DNA of 45,718 nucleotides from a virus: positions 1 to 45,718 of the IMG/VR virus record IMGVR_UViG_3300011444_000005. One strand, 5' to 3'. Every line of letters starts with the position of its first letter. Position 1 is the first letter of the stretch. Position numbers and translations under genes: made by a program. The notes beneath the pieces were generated by a model. The model ran no database searches. It was given only the letters and a program-made list of their open reading frames with translations, and had not been told where the DNA came from. Positions 6,355 through 14,976 of this stretch are shown piece after piece.

Positions 6355-7871
6355 TGGCCCCGACGGTTCGAGATCGAAATGAGGAGTTCATCTTAGCAGC
6401 GGAAGAACTTGCCACGAGGCGTGGTGTGGACCCTATCAAGAACTTTCCGTTGCATGACAAGCAACAGGCCTTTGTCGACAGCGTGTTGCAGCGGAAGAAG
6501 AAGGAAAACTGGTTCATTGCGGCTAACAGGAGTGGAAAAAGCGATGCCGGAGCTTACTGTGGCGCAACTCTTGCGCGATTTGGCCGACAAGATGCCCGAC
6601 CTGCCCCTCACGCCGGCGCGAGCGTGCAAGTTATCGATCGAAGTACATCCGGATGGGTTAGTGCTCTTGATTTTCCAACCTCTAGAGATGTTCTTCAACC
6701 TAAATACTTCGACAACGGATATCGAATCCTTGGTAAATACCCACCCTTCATCCCGAAGCACGAAATCGAAAGTTGGAGCACCGAAAACCAAATCCTGAAG
6801 CTCAAGAACGGCAGCATTATTGGCTTTAAGAGCGCCGAGAGCGGCCGTAAGAAGTATCAAGGCGCTGACAAGGACTGGTTCCACATGGACGAGGAGCATC
6901 CTTGGGAGATCTATGAGGAAAGCGTTATTCGAGTGGGTGCACTTCCGCTGATCTTCTTCTGCACGGCCACGATCCTTCCGCCCGAGGGCACACACGTTAC
7001 AACAAGCTGGGTATTTCCCAAGGTCATTCAGCCGTGGCAAAGCGGTGTGTTGGCTGACGTAGGACTGTTTGGCGCCTCGATATACGACAATCCAGGCATC
7101 CCACGTGACGAGATCAAGCGCCTCGAGGCGATCTACCCTGAGGGCAGCACAACAAGACGAATTCGTCTTGGGGGCGAATGGCTGCCAGGCCTGGCGGGCG
7201 CGCGCGCCTATCATGGCTTCGATCGTTTGATCCACGTGGCCAAGGACATGCCCGCCATAAGTATGCGTCGGCCGTTGTGTTGGACGTGGGACTTCAACGT
7301 CGAGCCGATGGTTAGTCTCGTGGGTCAAGTTGACGGCTCGGTCTACCGAGTGTATCGTGAACTCATCATGGATGAAGGATCTATCCCGGAGATGTGCAAT
7401 CTGTTCTATGACGCGTTTCCGGCACATGGTGGTGAGATATGGCTCTACGGCGATAGCACAGGCAAGGGCCGCACAGGTCAGACGGGCCAATCGGATTATT
7501 GGACCATCCTGAACGAGATGAAACAGTATGGCGCGCCTATTAGAATGAAGGTGCCGCCTGAAAACCCGCGCATCCCTGACCGCGTCAATGCGGTCAATCG
7601 TATGCTCCGTGACGAAGAGGGCCAGGTGCGTCTTCAGATTGGGTTGGGCTGTCCTGAGCTGATTGCTGACCTTGAAGGCGTGCTGCGCGACCAGCGGGGC
7701 GGTTTGCTCAAGGTCCGAAACCGTAAGGACCCGTATTTTCAGAGGACACACACGTCGGACGGCCTCGGTTATTGGATCGCATTTGAGGAGCCAGTGCGTC
7801 AATTTACGGCGCGGGGCGCCAGCCATCATGTGCCGCAGGCGCTCTTAGGACCACAATATCGGGCTCGCTGA
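6354..7871 (+). CDS. terL: Terminase large subunit
   Basis: Walker A-like AANRSGKSDAG, Walker B-like WFHMDEE, C-terminal nuclease-like acidic motifs (WDFNVEP, GDSTGKG, HTSDGLGY). Sits just upstream of the portal gene. GTG at 6342 is an alternative start. Confidence 0.85.
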   Translation: MAPTVRDRNEEFILAAEELATRRGVDPIKNFPLHDKQQAFVDSVLQRKKKENWFIAANRSGKSDAGAYCGATLARFGRQDARPAPHAGASVQVIDRSTSGWVSALDFPTSRDVLQPKYFDNGYRILGKYPPFIPKHEIESWSTENQILKLKNGSIIGFKSAESGRKKYQGADKDWFHMDEEHPWEIYEESVIRVGALPLIFFCTATILPPEGTHVTTSWVFPKVIQPWQSGVLADVGLFGASIYDNPGIPRDEIKRLEAIYPEGSTTRRIRLGGEWLPGLAGARAYHGFDRLIHVAKDMPAISMRRPLCWTWDFNVEPMVSLVGQVDGSVYRVYRELIMDEGSIPEMCNLFYDAFPAHGGEIWLYGDSTGKGRTGQTGQSDYWTILNEMKQYGAPIRMKVPPENPRIPDRVNAVNRMLRDEEGQVRLQIGLGCPELIADLEGVLRDQRGGLLKVRNRKDPYFQRTHTSDGLGYWIAFEEPVRQFTARGASHHVPQALLGPQYRAR

Positions 7872-8004
7872 TCCCTTTTTGGGGGCAGGGCCCCCTATTG
7901 GAGTCGCTACCCCCGAGGGGGCCCTGCCCCCGATTGGGGCGCCTGTTCCCTAGGGAGTAGTGCTCCCAATTGGGGCGCCTGATCCCTTTTGGGATCAGCG
8001 CTCC
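7861..8004. repeat. Degenerate tandem repeat, 4 units of 36 bp, each carrying a GC-rich hairpin
   Basis: ATTGGRGYCGCY recurs at 7897, 7933 and 7969 with exact 36-bp phase. Unit 1 (7861) shares GCTGATCCCTTTTTGGG with unit 4. 15-bp perfect arms at 7881..7895 and 7917..7931. An 8-bp stem CTGATCCC-TTTT-GGGATCAG lies at 7979..7998. The repeat starts at the terL stop codon. Confidence 0.85.
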
Positions 8005-8014
8005 CCAACGAAAA

Positions 8015-8040
8015 AGGGCTCCCACGGGGATAGGAGCCCT
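8015..8040 (-). terminator. Hairpin AGGGCTCC-N10-GGAGCCCT, terminator-like on the minus strand
   Basis: 8-bp perfect stem. On the minus strand it is followed by TTTT(T) (plus-strand A run 8011..8015). No minus-strand gene is nearby, so the role is uncertain. Confidence 0.3.
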
Positions 8041-8294
8041 TCCTAGTCAGGACGCTACCGAGAAGAGGGCTGCTCGGCATGAACCAATTTATCCGAAATG
8101 GAGCCCGTATGCAATGCCCCCATTGACAAAGTCTAGAGACATAATATCCAATAAATCGACACAAACGGCCCCGCCTCGGCTGTGTCGAGTGTGTGGGTCT
8201 AGCCTTCTGACCCACGCTGAAAGCGTGATTGGTGTTCACATAGGGTGTGTGGCAGATCGTAAGTTCGTGAGAAAGACCATCAGGTCCCCCGGGT

Positions 8295-10265
8295 ATGGCT
8301 TTAACAGAAAATCCAATAGCTAGCGGCGTCGGTCCTCGCCCCGAATTCGACCAAGTGATCCCTGGTGGCGGGGGAGTGGTCAGCACGATCCATCGCTTTC
8401 GCCAGGCCAGCGAGGACGCGCGTCGCCAACGCGTGGTGCAAGGCGATAGGAACTGGCAAACGTACCTGGGTCGTCAGGACTTCAGTCACAAACAGGAGGG
8501 CCAATCGCAGGAGGTGCTGCCTAAGGTTCCGGTCTCGGTTGAACAGCTGGCCGCCCTCATCAAACGCGGCATGGTCAGCTTCGGCGACTATTTCAGCATC
8601 GAGGTCGATCCCCGTCTTGGCGAGATCATTGATGGCGCACAAGTACGCGCTATGTTCAAGCCGTTCCTCATGAATTTGTGGGGGCCTAACAACAGCACCA
8701 CGCAGTTCCCGACCGTGATTAGCGACGGCGTGAAGCAGGCTCTGCTCAAGGCGCTCCTGATCCTTAAGGTGCATGGTAGCTTCACGACGAGGCGCAAGTT
8801 CAAGTTTGAAAGGTCGACCGATCTCCAGAAGGCTGATCACAAGCTGAAAATCGACGAGGTCGATGAGTGGCAGCTGCGTATCGATCTGGTGCGCTTCGAG
8901 GATTACTATCCTGATCCGACGGGCAATAACCTGTACGAAATCCATCGCGTCGAAAGGGACCTGCATGAAGTCGTCGAGATGGCAGACCAAGGCATATACA
9001 GTAGCGCAGCCGTCAAGCAGCTCATCGGAATGGACTTTAAGCGTCCCGAGGATGAAAAGCTCAGTGAGGCTGATCGTAATCAAGGCGAGACGGTTACGCC
9101 CAGCTTCCGTAAGCGGGTGGTCCTCGATGAGTTTTGGGGAACGCTTCTGGCTGATGACGGCACTGTGGCTCACCGCAATGTTGTTGCTACTGTGGCTAAT
9201 GAGCGTTTCCTTATTCGGCCTCCTGAACCTAATCCGTTCTGGCATCAGGAAAGTCCGTTCGTGGTGGCACCGCTAATCCGGGTGCCGCACAGTGTGTTCC
9301 ACAAAGCCATCTATGACCATGCAAGTGACCTGAACCTTGCCATCAATGAGATGTTTAATCTGATGCTTGATGGTGGCTTGGCCGCCGTGTGGGGCATTAA
9401 GCAAATCCGCATCGAAGACATGGATGATCCGTCTCAGATCGAGGGCGGCATCAGACAGGGCCAGACGATTGCCGTCAAGCAAACGCTTCCACACAACGCT
9501 AAGGTCCTTGAGACTGTCACGGAAGGCGAGGTGCCTAAGGACGCGATGGCTGTGTTTGAGTTCCTGAATAGGGAGTTCACCAATGCCGCTATGACGAACG
9601 AGCTGAAGCAGGGGGCGCTGCCCCCCAAGCAGGTGCTCGCCACGGAAGTTCTTGAGGCCAGCCAGAGCCAGAACCTGATGCTTGACGGCATGGTGGCTGA
9701 CTTGGAAAACACATCTATTGCGCCGGTACTGCGCAAGGCGTTCTTGAACGTCCTGCAGAATGCTGACATGATCCCTGATACGGCGTTCGCCAGTATGACT
9801 GATCGGAAGGTCGCTCTTATGATCATGAGGGCGCAGCCTGAGGAGCGTTTTGCGCTGTTTGGCGGTCGGTGTCAGTTTCGCGTTAGCGGTCTTAGTGCGA
9901 CGATGGCCAGGGCGCTCGATTTTCAAAAGATCATGGCGTTCCTACAGGCCATCGGCACGAACCCGCTGCTCATGCAGTCGTTCATGAAGACATTCAGCCC
10001 GGACAAGACGATCAAGAAGATGATGCACACGCTGAACATCAACCCGGATGACTTGGAGAAGTCACTTGAGGAGCGCTCCCAGGATGCTCAGAACGCGGAA
10101 GCTCAGAGGACGGCTGGTGCGGCACAGCTGGTCAATCAGGGTCCACAGAACTCGGAGGGCCAACCGGCTGGTGTTGCTGGCGGCGCGGGCACGGGCGGCA
10201 GTCCGATGACTGCTCAGATCCAACAGAAGGCCAATCCTGCTAGTGGGATGGCAGCGAACCAATAA
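8295..10265 (+). CDS. Portal protein (656 aa)
   Basis: Size, position directly after terL and before scaffold/capsid, and an acidic/Gly-rich C-terminal tail. No specific motif checked. The RBS is weak. Confidence 0.7.
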   Translation: MALTENPIASGVGPRPEFDQVIPGGGGVVSTIHRFRQASEDARRQRVVQGDRNWQTYLGRQDFSHKQEGQSQEVLPKVPVSVEQLAALIKRGMVSFGDYFSIEVDPRLGEIIDGAQVRAMFKPFLMNLWGPNNSTTQFPTVISDGVKQALLKALLILKVHGSFTTRRKFKFERSTDLQKADHKLKIDEVDEWQLRIDLVRFEDYYPDPTGNNLYEIHRVERDLHEVVEMADQGIYSSAAVKQLIGMDFKRPEDEKLSEADRNQGETVTPSFRKRVVLDEFWGTLLADDGTVAHRNVVATVANERFLIRPPEPNPFWHQESPFVVAPLIRVPHSVFHKAIYDHASDLNLAINEMFNLMLDGGLAAVWGIKQIRIEDMDDPSQIEGGIRQGQTIAVKQTLPHNAKVLETVTEGEVPKDAMAVFEFLNREFTNAAMTNELKQGALPPKQVLATEVLEASQSQNLMLDGMVADLENTSIAPVLRKAFLNVLQNADMIPDTAFASMTDRKVALMIMRAQPEERFALFGGRCQFRVSGLSATMARALDFQKIMAFLQAIGTNPLLMQSFMKTFSPDKTIKKMMHTLNINPDDLEKSLEERSQDAQNAEAQRTAGAAQLVNQGPQNSEGQPAGVAGGAGTGGSPMTAQIQQKANPASGMAANQ

Positions 10266-10278
10266 GCGGAGCGAGCTT

Positions 10279-10437
10279 ATGCCACTGAACAAGAAGGGCA
10301 AGGAAATTAAGGCGGCCATGACTAAGACATATGGCGCCAAGAAGGGCAAGAGCGTCTTTTATGCAAGCGAGAACAAGGGCACTATCAAGGGCGTGGTGAA
10401 GCGCACAACCAAGCGTCGGCCAAAGGCCGACTACTGA
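10279..10437 (+). CDS. Small lysine-rich protein (52 aa)
   Basis: ATG with GGAG upstream. The ORF track start at 10243 overlaps the portal gene end. Confidence 0.5.
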   Translation: MPLNKKGKEIKAAMTKTYGAKKGKSVFYASENKGTIKGVVKRTTKRRPKADY

Positions 10438-10449
10438 CGAGGATTGAAC

Positions 10450-10656
10450 ATGTACGACAAGCACATAACGACTGGTCCTGGTTGTAACTACTGTGTCAAT
10501 GATCGTGGCGACTTGAGCCACATCAGCAAGGCCGGCCCGAAGGACACGAGCCTGGGCGCCGACCTGACTGGCGATGCGACCAACAAGACGGGCGGCACGA
10601 TAAGCATGACTAAGGCCGAAAGTCCCAACGCGAAAGCGCAGAGCGCCAATCAGTGA
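10450..10656 (+). CDS. Hypothetical protein (68 aa)
   Basis: ATG with GAGGA upstream. Confidence 0.5.
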   Translation: MYDKHITTGPGCNYCVNDRGDLSHISKAGPKDTSLGADLTGDATNKTGGTISMTKAESPNAKAQSANQ

Positions 10657-10668
10657 GTGAAGCGAACT

Positions 10669-10962
10669 ATGAGCATCAAGCCTGACGACTTGATTGAGGG
10701 TCTTGCGCACAATGCCCGCATGGCGGGGCAGCACCCGCTTGAGCAGCGGCTAGCCGACACGGCAGTGTGGTTCTACAAGAACAAGGACCGCATTCCGCGA
10801 GACAATCTTGCAAGTCGTCAGGCGTTCCTGGAGAAGGGGTTTTGGTGCCTCCTTGAGATCAGCGCCCTGTTGTTGGAGCGCCTGCGCGAGGAGCGCGCCA
10901 GCAAGGCCCTTTGGATACCGAACGGCATCACGCTTGACGGGGATGTGAAGAAGTATGGCTAG
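10669..10962 (+). CDS. Hypothetical protein (97 aa)
   Basis: First ATG of the ORF, in the structural operon. Confidence 0.55.
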   Translation: MSIKPDDLIEGLAHNARMAGQHPLEQRLADTAVWFYKNKDRIPRDNLASRQAFLEKGFWCLLEISALLLERLREERASKALWIPNGITLDGDVKKYG

Positions 10963-11233
10963 CAACCAACACCTCAACATCGAGACCATCGAAGATGGTC
11001 ACAGAGCCGTTGCGGTGGCTGGCTACATCCGTGAGACAGTTGACGATCAAATGCGGATGCACGTGACTGGCCTTATTTCGATCTACCGCAATGGCAAGAT
11101 TGACCATGATCAGCTGGTGGGCAAGGTCGCCGAGATCGCCGCCCTGGAAGGGCTTATGAGTGAACTTGAGAACCGCGCCCAGCGCGGAGTTGCAGCAGCT
11201 AACCGGGAGTATAACAGTGGCAAGACGCGCTAG
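10955..11233 (+). CDS. Hypothetical protein (92 aa)
   Basis: ATG overlapping the previous gene end by 8 nt. Confidence 0.55.
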   Translation: MASNQHLNIETIEDGHRAVAVAGYIRETVDDQMRMHVTGLISIYRNGKIDHDQLVGKVAEIAALEGLMSELENRAQRGVAAANREYNSGKTR

Positions 11234-11927
11234 AGACCTGCATCCAAGTGTTATGGGGGGAAGCCCCGAGCATGGCGATCCGTTTGACGACAGCGAACAG
11301 GATGCGCCGCAGGCGCAAGAATCCCGTGAGCAGGCTACGCCTGTTGATCGGTTCGCGGCCATGCAGGCCGAAATCGACCGCCTCAAGGAGCAGAATGCGC
11401 TGATCAGCAAGGCCATTCCGCCGCGCGAGGCGCCCCGGACGGCGCCGCCGACGGACCCATTCGACGAAGTCGATTGGGACGCGGAGCTGTTTACTGAGCC
11501 CAAAGAGGCGTTACGCAAGTACGGAGACATTGTCAGGGAGCAGACGAAGCGTGAGCTTCGCGCCGAATACACCACGAACCAGGGCAACGTAAAGTTCTGG
11601 GCTGACTTCTACCATGCCAACGACGATCTTGCGGAGGACAAGGATCTTGTCGAGAGTACGCTCAATTCGAACCTGGACACATTGGCCAATATGCCTGTTT
11701 CGGACGCAATAAAAAAATTGGCGGACTTGACACGCACCCGGATAATGCGGTATGCCAGAACAACAGGGGAAAGACGCCGGTCGCGCGCTGTGGTCGAGGG
11801 AGCTAATGCGCCTGCGGCGCCTGCGGGCAATACCCGCGATGACAATGAGGGTGACAATGTGCTCACCCTTGGCGATATTATCAGGTCTCGAAAGGAACGG
11901 CGTCGGGCAAGATCGACGGCGGCATAG
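11217..11927 (+). CDS. Scaffolding protein candidate (about 236 aa)
   Basis: Charged, coiled-coil-like and Arg-rich at the C-terminus, directly upstream of the major capsid gene. GTG at 11217 has GGGAG upstream; ATG at 11253 is an alternative. Confidence 0.55.
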   Translation: MARRARDLHPSVMGGSPEHGDPFDDSEQDAPQAQESREQATPVDRFAAMQAEIDRLKEQNALISKAIPPREAPRTAPPTDPFDEVDWDAELFTEPKEALRKYGDIVREQTKRELRAEYTTNQGNVKFWADFYHANDDLAEDKDLVESTLNSNLDTLANMPVSDAIKKLADLTRTRIMRYARTTGERRRSRAVVEGANAPAAPAGNTRDDNEGDNVLTLGDIIRSRKERRRARSTAA

Positions 11928-11939
11928 GATCAGAACGAA

Positions 11940-12881
11940 ATGGCACAGTTCACTTGGAACTTCGACGCGCCAACAGGCACTTATAAGAACTTCGCGCTGA
12001 GCTCGAAGCTCTATGAGGCGGCTGTTGAGAACTCCGTCTTCATGGATCACATTACACCTGTTGAGGGCTTCGGTCGGAAACAGGGCGAAACCGTCACGCT
12101 GACCCGCGTCAAGAATATCGTCGAGCCGACTGATGCGTCGCTTGATGAGGCGGTGCGTATCCCTGAGGATGATTTCAATCTCAGCACCCGCAGCATCACG
12201 GTCAAGGAGCTGGGCCGTGCCATTCCTTACACGTCACTGTCGTTGGACCTGAGCAAGTTCGACCTGGAAAATCCGATCCAGCGCAAGCTGCGCGAACAAA
12301 TGAGGCTCGTTCTTGACACGAAGGCCGCAGTGGCCTTCAAGACGGCCCTCGTCAAGTACGTTCCGCTGACGGCCAACACGAACAGCATCACGACGAACGG
12401 CACGCCAGGCGGCACCGCCACGGTGAACATGAACTTCTTCCATGTGGAGGAAATTCGCGACTACATGTTCGACACGCTGCAGGTGCCGCCGCTTGAGGGC
12501 GGCGATTATCTGGGCATCTTCCGCACGCTGGGCCTGCGGGGTATTAAGCGCGATGCGAAGTGGGAGGAGTGGCACAAGTACACCGATCCACAGGCCAAGT
12601 TCAACGGCGAAGTGGGACGTGTCGAAGGCATTCGTTTCATCGAGACGAACCACTCCAAAGCGCTAGCGAAGCTAGCGGCTGGTGTGCTTGGTGAAGGCGT
12701 CGTGTTTGGCGACGAGGGCACCGCCATGGCCGAGGCGTTGACGCCGGAGCTGAGGGCAGCCATCCCGGGCGACTTTGGCCGGTCAAGAGCCGTCGCGTGG
12801 TACGGCATCCTCGAATTTGCATTGATCTGGGACACCGCCAACGCTGGCGAGGCCAAGGTCGTCCATGTGACCAGCTTGTAA
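11940..12881 (+). CDS. Major capsid protein (313 aa)
   Basis: Position after the scaffold gene, typical size, overall resemblance to HK97-fold coat proteins. No search was run. Confidence 0.75.
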   Translation: MAQFTWNFDAPTGTYKNFALSSKLYEAAVENSVFMDHITPVEGFGRKQGETVTLTRVKNIVEPTDASLDEAVRIPEDDFNLSTRSITVKELGRAIPYTSLSLDLSKFDLENPIQRKLREQMRLVLDTKAAVAFKTALVKYVPLTANTNSITTNGTPGGTATVNMNFFHVEEIRDYMFDTLQVPPLEGGDYLGIFRTLGLRGIKRDAKWEEWHKYTDPQAKFNGEVGRVEGIRFIETNHSKALAKLAAGVLGEGVVFGDEGTAMAEALTPELRAAIPGDFGRSRAVAWYGILEFALIWDTANAGEAKVVHVTSL

Positions 12882-12890
12882 GGAGCCGAT

Positions 12891-13310
12891 ATGTCCTACG
12901 ATCAGCAAAAAGATCAGCTGCTGCTGGCTATTGCGGCAGCGACGACAGCGACGGGCGTCATTGCCGGCACACGCTGGTATCCTCCGTTTCATCCGGTTAC
13001 GGTGCAGGAGTTCAGTGCACAGATCACGACCTCGCCGACGGTGACGGCCACGATCCTTGCGCTGAAGCGGCGTCCGACACCGGGTTCGGCGACAGGTGAG
13101 GTCATCATTCTGACGCTTACGCTTCCAGTTGCGGCGGTCATTGGCAACGTGTACTACAAGCGTGGGGGTGACACGAAGATCAGTCCTGGCGACGAGCTTG
13201 TTGTTGATGTGACGCAGGCCAGCACGGCAGGCGCTGCTACAATGGGGTGTGCATGGTCTCCAAGCTGGGAAGCTCCCGCTAACAATGCCAAGATGATTGC
13301 GAGCGCGTAA
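12891..13310 (+). CDS. Virion-module protein (139 aa), function unassigned
   Basis: ATG with AGGAG upstream, directly after the capsid gene. Confidence 0.65.
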   Translation: MSYDQQKDQLLLAIAAATTATGVIAGTRWYPPFHPVTVQEFSAQITTSPTVTATILALKRRPTPGSATGEVIILTLTLPVAAVIGNVYYKRGGDTKISPGDELVVDVTQASTAGAATMGCAWSPSWEAPANNAKMIASA

Positions 13311-13750
13311 TGGCTTTCGACTACACAACGCATCACAATATCAAGGGCCAGACGGGTGACGGTGAGAACTTTCGTGAAACTCACTATATCCGTTTGGCTC
13401 ATGAAGAGGCCGCCCCTGTGTTTCTTAAGGACGGCCTATATTGGTGGGATGACGGTAAGATCATCTCTGCCAATGATGTGCCCGACTGGGCTAGGAAGGC
13501 TATAAACCAACTTAGCCCAGAGGCACTCAAGAGTGTGGGTCACAAGCCGCGTGGCGCGCCGCCTGCGGGCAAGCGTAAGCCACAACCCGTCGTCGAGGCC
13601 GACGATCCCGCAGCTGATGAACTCGATGAAGAGCTCATTGATGAAGAGCTCATTGATGAGGAAATCCAAAAGCTTGAGGAAGAGGTCGCTGAGGATGTGG
13701 CGGCTGAAGGAGCCACGAGGGTCAAGCTGCATCCCTCTGTGAAGAAGTGA
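13310..13750 (+). CDS. Hypothetical protein (146 aa) with an acidic DEELI repeat
   Basis: TAATG junction with the previous gene. 15-bp tandem duplication GAAGAGCTCATTGAT x2 around 13630..13659. Confidence 0.65.
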   Translation: MAFDYTTHHNIKGQTGDGENFRETHYIRLAHEEAAPVFLKDGLYWWDDGKIISANDVPDWARKAINQLSPEALKSVGHKPRGAPPAGKRKPQPVVEADDPAADELDEELIDEELIDEEIQKLEEEVAEDVAAEGATRVKLHPSVKK

Positions 13751-13757
13751 GGCCACG

Positions 13758-13982
13758 ATGGCAGATGACCAACAGCAAGGGCCGCCAGACAGCAACTTTG
13801 ATGTAACGCCCAACAGTGGCTACACGTTCGAAGATCGGGTGCCACGTAATAGCAACGGCTTTGGAGGCACACAGACTAAGTTGCCGAGGGGCCATCTGGC
13901 TCGGCGCGATACGATGCCTGCCATCAAGCACGCAGCTGTTGTAGCTAGCACCAGTGCTAGCGACGACGAAGGCTCAGAGTAA
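13758..13982 (+). CDS. Hypothetical protein (74 aa)
   Basis: ATG 8 nt after the previous stop. Confidence 0.5.
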   Translation: MADDQQQGPPDSNFDVTPNSGYTFEDRVPRNSNGFGGTQTKLPRGHLARRDTMPAIKHAAVVASTSASDDEGSE

Positions 13983-14018
13983 CGGCTCGCCACTCGTGGC
14001 GGGGCCACGGAGGCGGCT

Positions 14019-14972
14019 ATGCCATACGTCAGCACACAAGACCTGAAGCGCGATGTCTTGTTCAGGGGCTCCGAAGCCATCAGCGGCTCCAACTACGATG
14101 CGGCGGCCGTTGATTACCTGAACCGCGTATATCAGTCGTTGTGTACGGGCGCCAGTGAGTTCCTTCCTGAGTATGTCGAAGACTGGTGGTGGCTGCGCAG
14201 CAAGGATGTGCTGACGCTGTTGCCGGTTGTGACGGCAGGCACAATTACTGTTACGCAAAACAGCGCGTCTGTTGTGTTCAGCGTGCCCCCCAATCCCAGT
14301 GTAGCGGATTACTATCTGCGCGTCGAGACACACCCTGAGCTGTTTCGGGTGCTTACGCACACGGGCGGCGCGGCTCCAGCTACGCTTGATAGCCCGTATA
14401 CTGGGCCAAGTGGCACGCTGGCATTTAAGCTCATGAAAGTGACATATCCGTTGAGTGCTAGTGTGGCCGCAATCACGGGTCCTATGGTCGGTTATCGCCA
14501 GAACCCTAAGATCATCGGCCTGAGCCCAGAACGCATGGACGTTATCTGGCCGCTGGCGGAGCTAAACACCGGAACGCCTCAGGCATTTGCCCTGGAAAAT
14601 GAACAGCTTGTGCGCTTCAGTCATGGTGGCCGGACGGATGGCCAGAGCCAGAGGGTTGAGTACCGCTTTAGGCCAGTTGTGGCTGACCTGACGGACAGCC
14701 CGAGTAGCATTCCGCTTGTGCCCAAGCAGTACCGTCACATACTGTCCGATATGGCGCTGACACACGTCTACCTGGATAAGAACGATGACAGGAGCAACGC
14801 AATCGCGCTAGCGGCGCGGACGGGTTTGGCCGGCATGCTCAAGGAGAACCGTAGGCGCATCCCTAAGATGGACAGTGACGCGGGGGCAATCAAGCCGCGA
14901 CAGGCCCAGGTAATGGGCTTCGGCTCGCGAAGAGGGCCAATCCGCACTGACAGTGGCCTAATCATAGGGTGA
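14019..14972 (+). CDS. Virion structural protein (317 aa); position suggests head-tail adaptor or tail tube
   Basis: ATG with GGAGG upstream, in the structural gene order. Confidence 0.65.
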   Translation: MPYVSTQDLKRDVLFRGSEAISGSNYDAAAVDYLNRVYQSLCTGASEFLPEYVEDWWWLRSKDVLTLLPVVTAGTITVTQNSASVVFSVPPNPSVADYYLRVETHPELFRVLTHTGGAAPATLDSPYTGPSGTLAFKLMKVTYPLSASVAAITGPMVGYRQNPKIIGLSPERMDVIWPLAELNTGTPQAFALENEQLVRFSHGGRTDGQSQRVEYRFRPVVADLTDSPSSIPLVPKQYRHILSDMALTHVYLDKNDDRSNAIALAARTGLAGMLKENRRRIPKMDSDAGAIKPRQAQVMGFGSRRGPIRTDSGLIIG

Positions 14973-14976
14973 CGGA

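Noticed and set aside
6393-7829. 478-aa ORF antisense to the terminase gene. Similar long antisense ORFs include 8301..9245, 10928..11587, 22904..23434 and 25096..25821.
   Set aside because: These are typical shadow ORFs of a GC-rich genome. They lie fully inside well-supported genes on the other strand, have Arg/Ala/Pro-rich junk-like composition, and show no RBS or motifs.
7861-8004. Possible CRISPR mini-array, given the 36-bp periodic repeats.
   Set aside because: The units are contiguous and degenerate, with no unique spacers between conserved repeats. No cas genes are present.
8124-8150. Perfect TTGACA hexamer upstream of the portal gene, as a late promoter.
   Set aside because: The only good -10-like hexamers (CATAAT, TAATAT) are 11 and 13 nt away. 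No acceptable -10 lies at 16-18 nt.
7970-8323. 117-aa ORF with a CRVCG...GC pattern in the terL-portal gap.
   Set aside because: It starts inside the hairpin repeats, has no RBS, overlaps the portal start, and the first half of its sequence is repeat-derived. It is left unannotated, though a shorter gene cannot be excluded.
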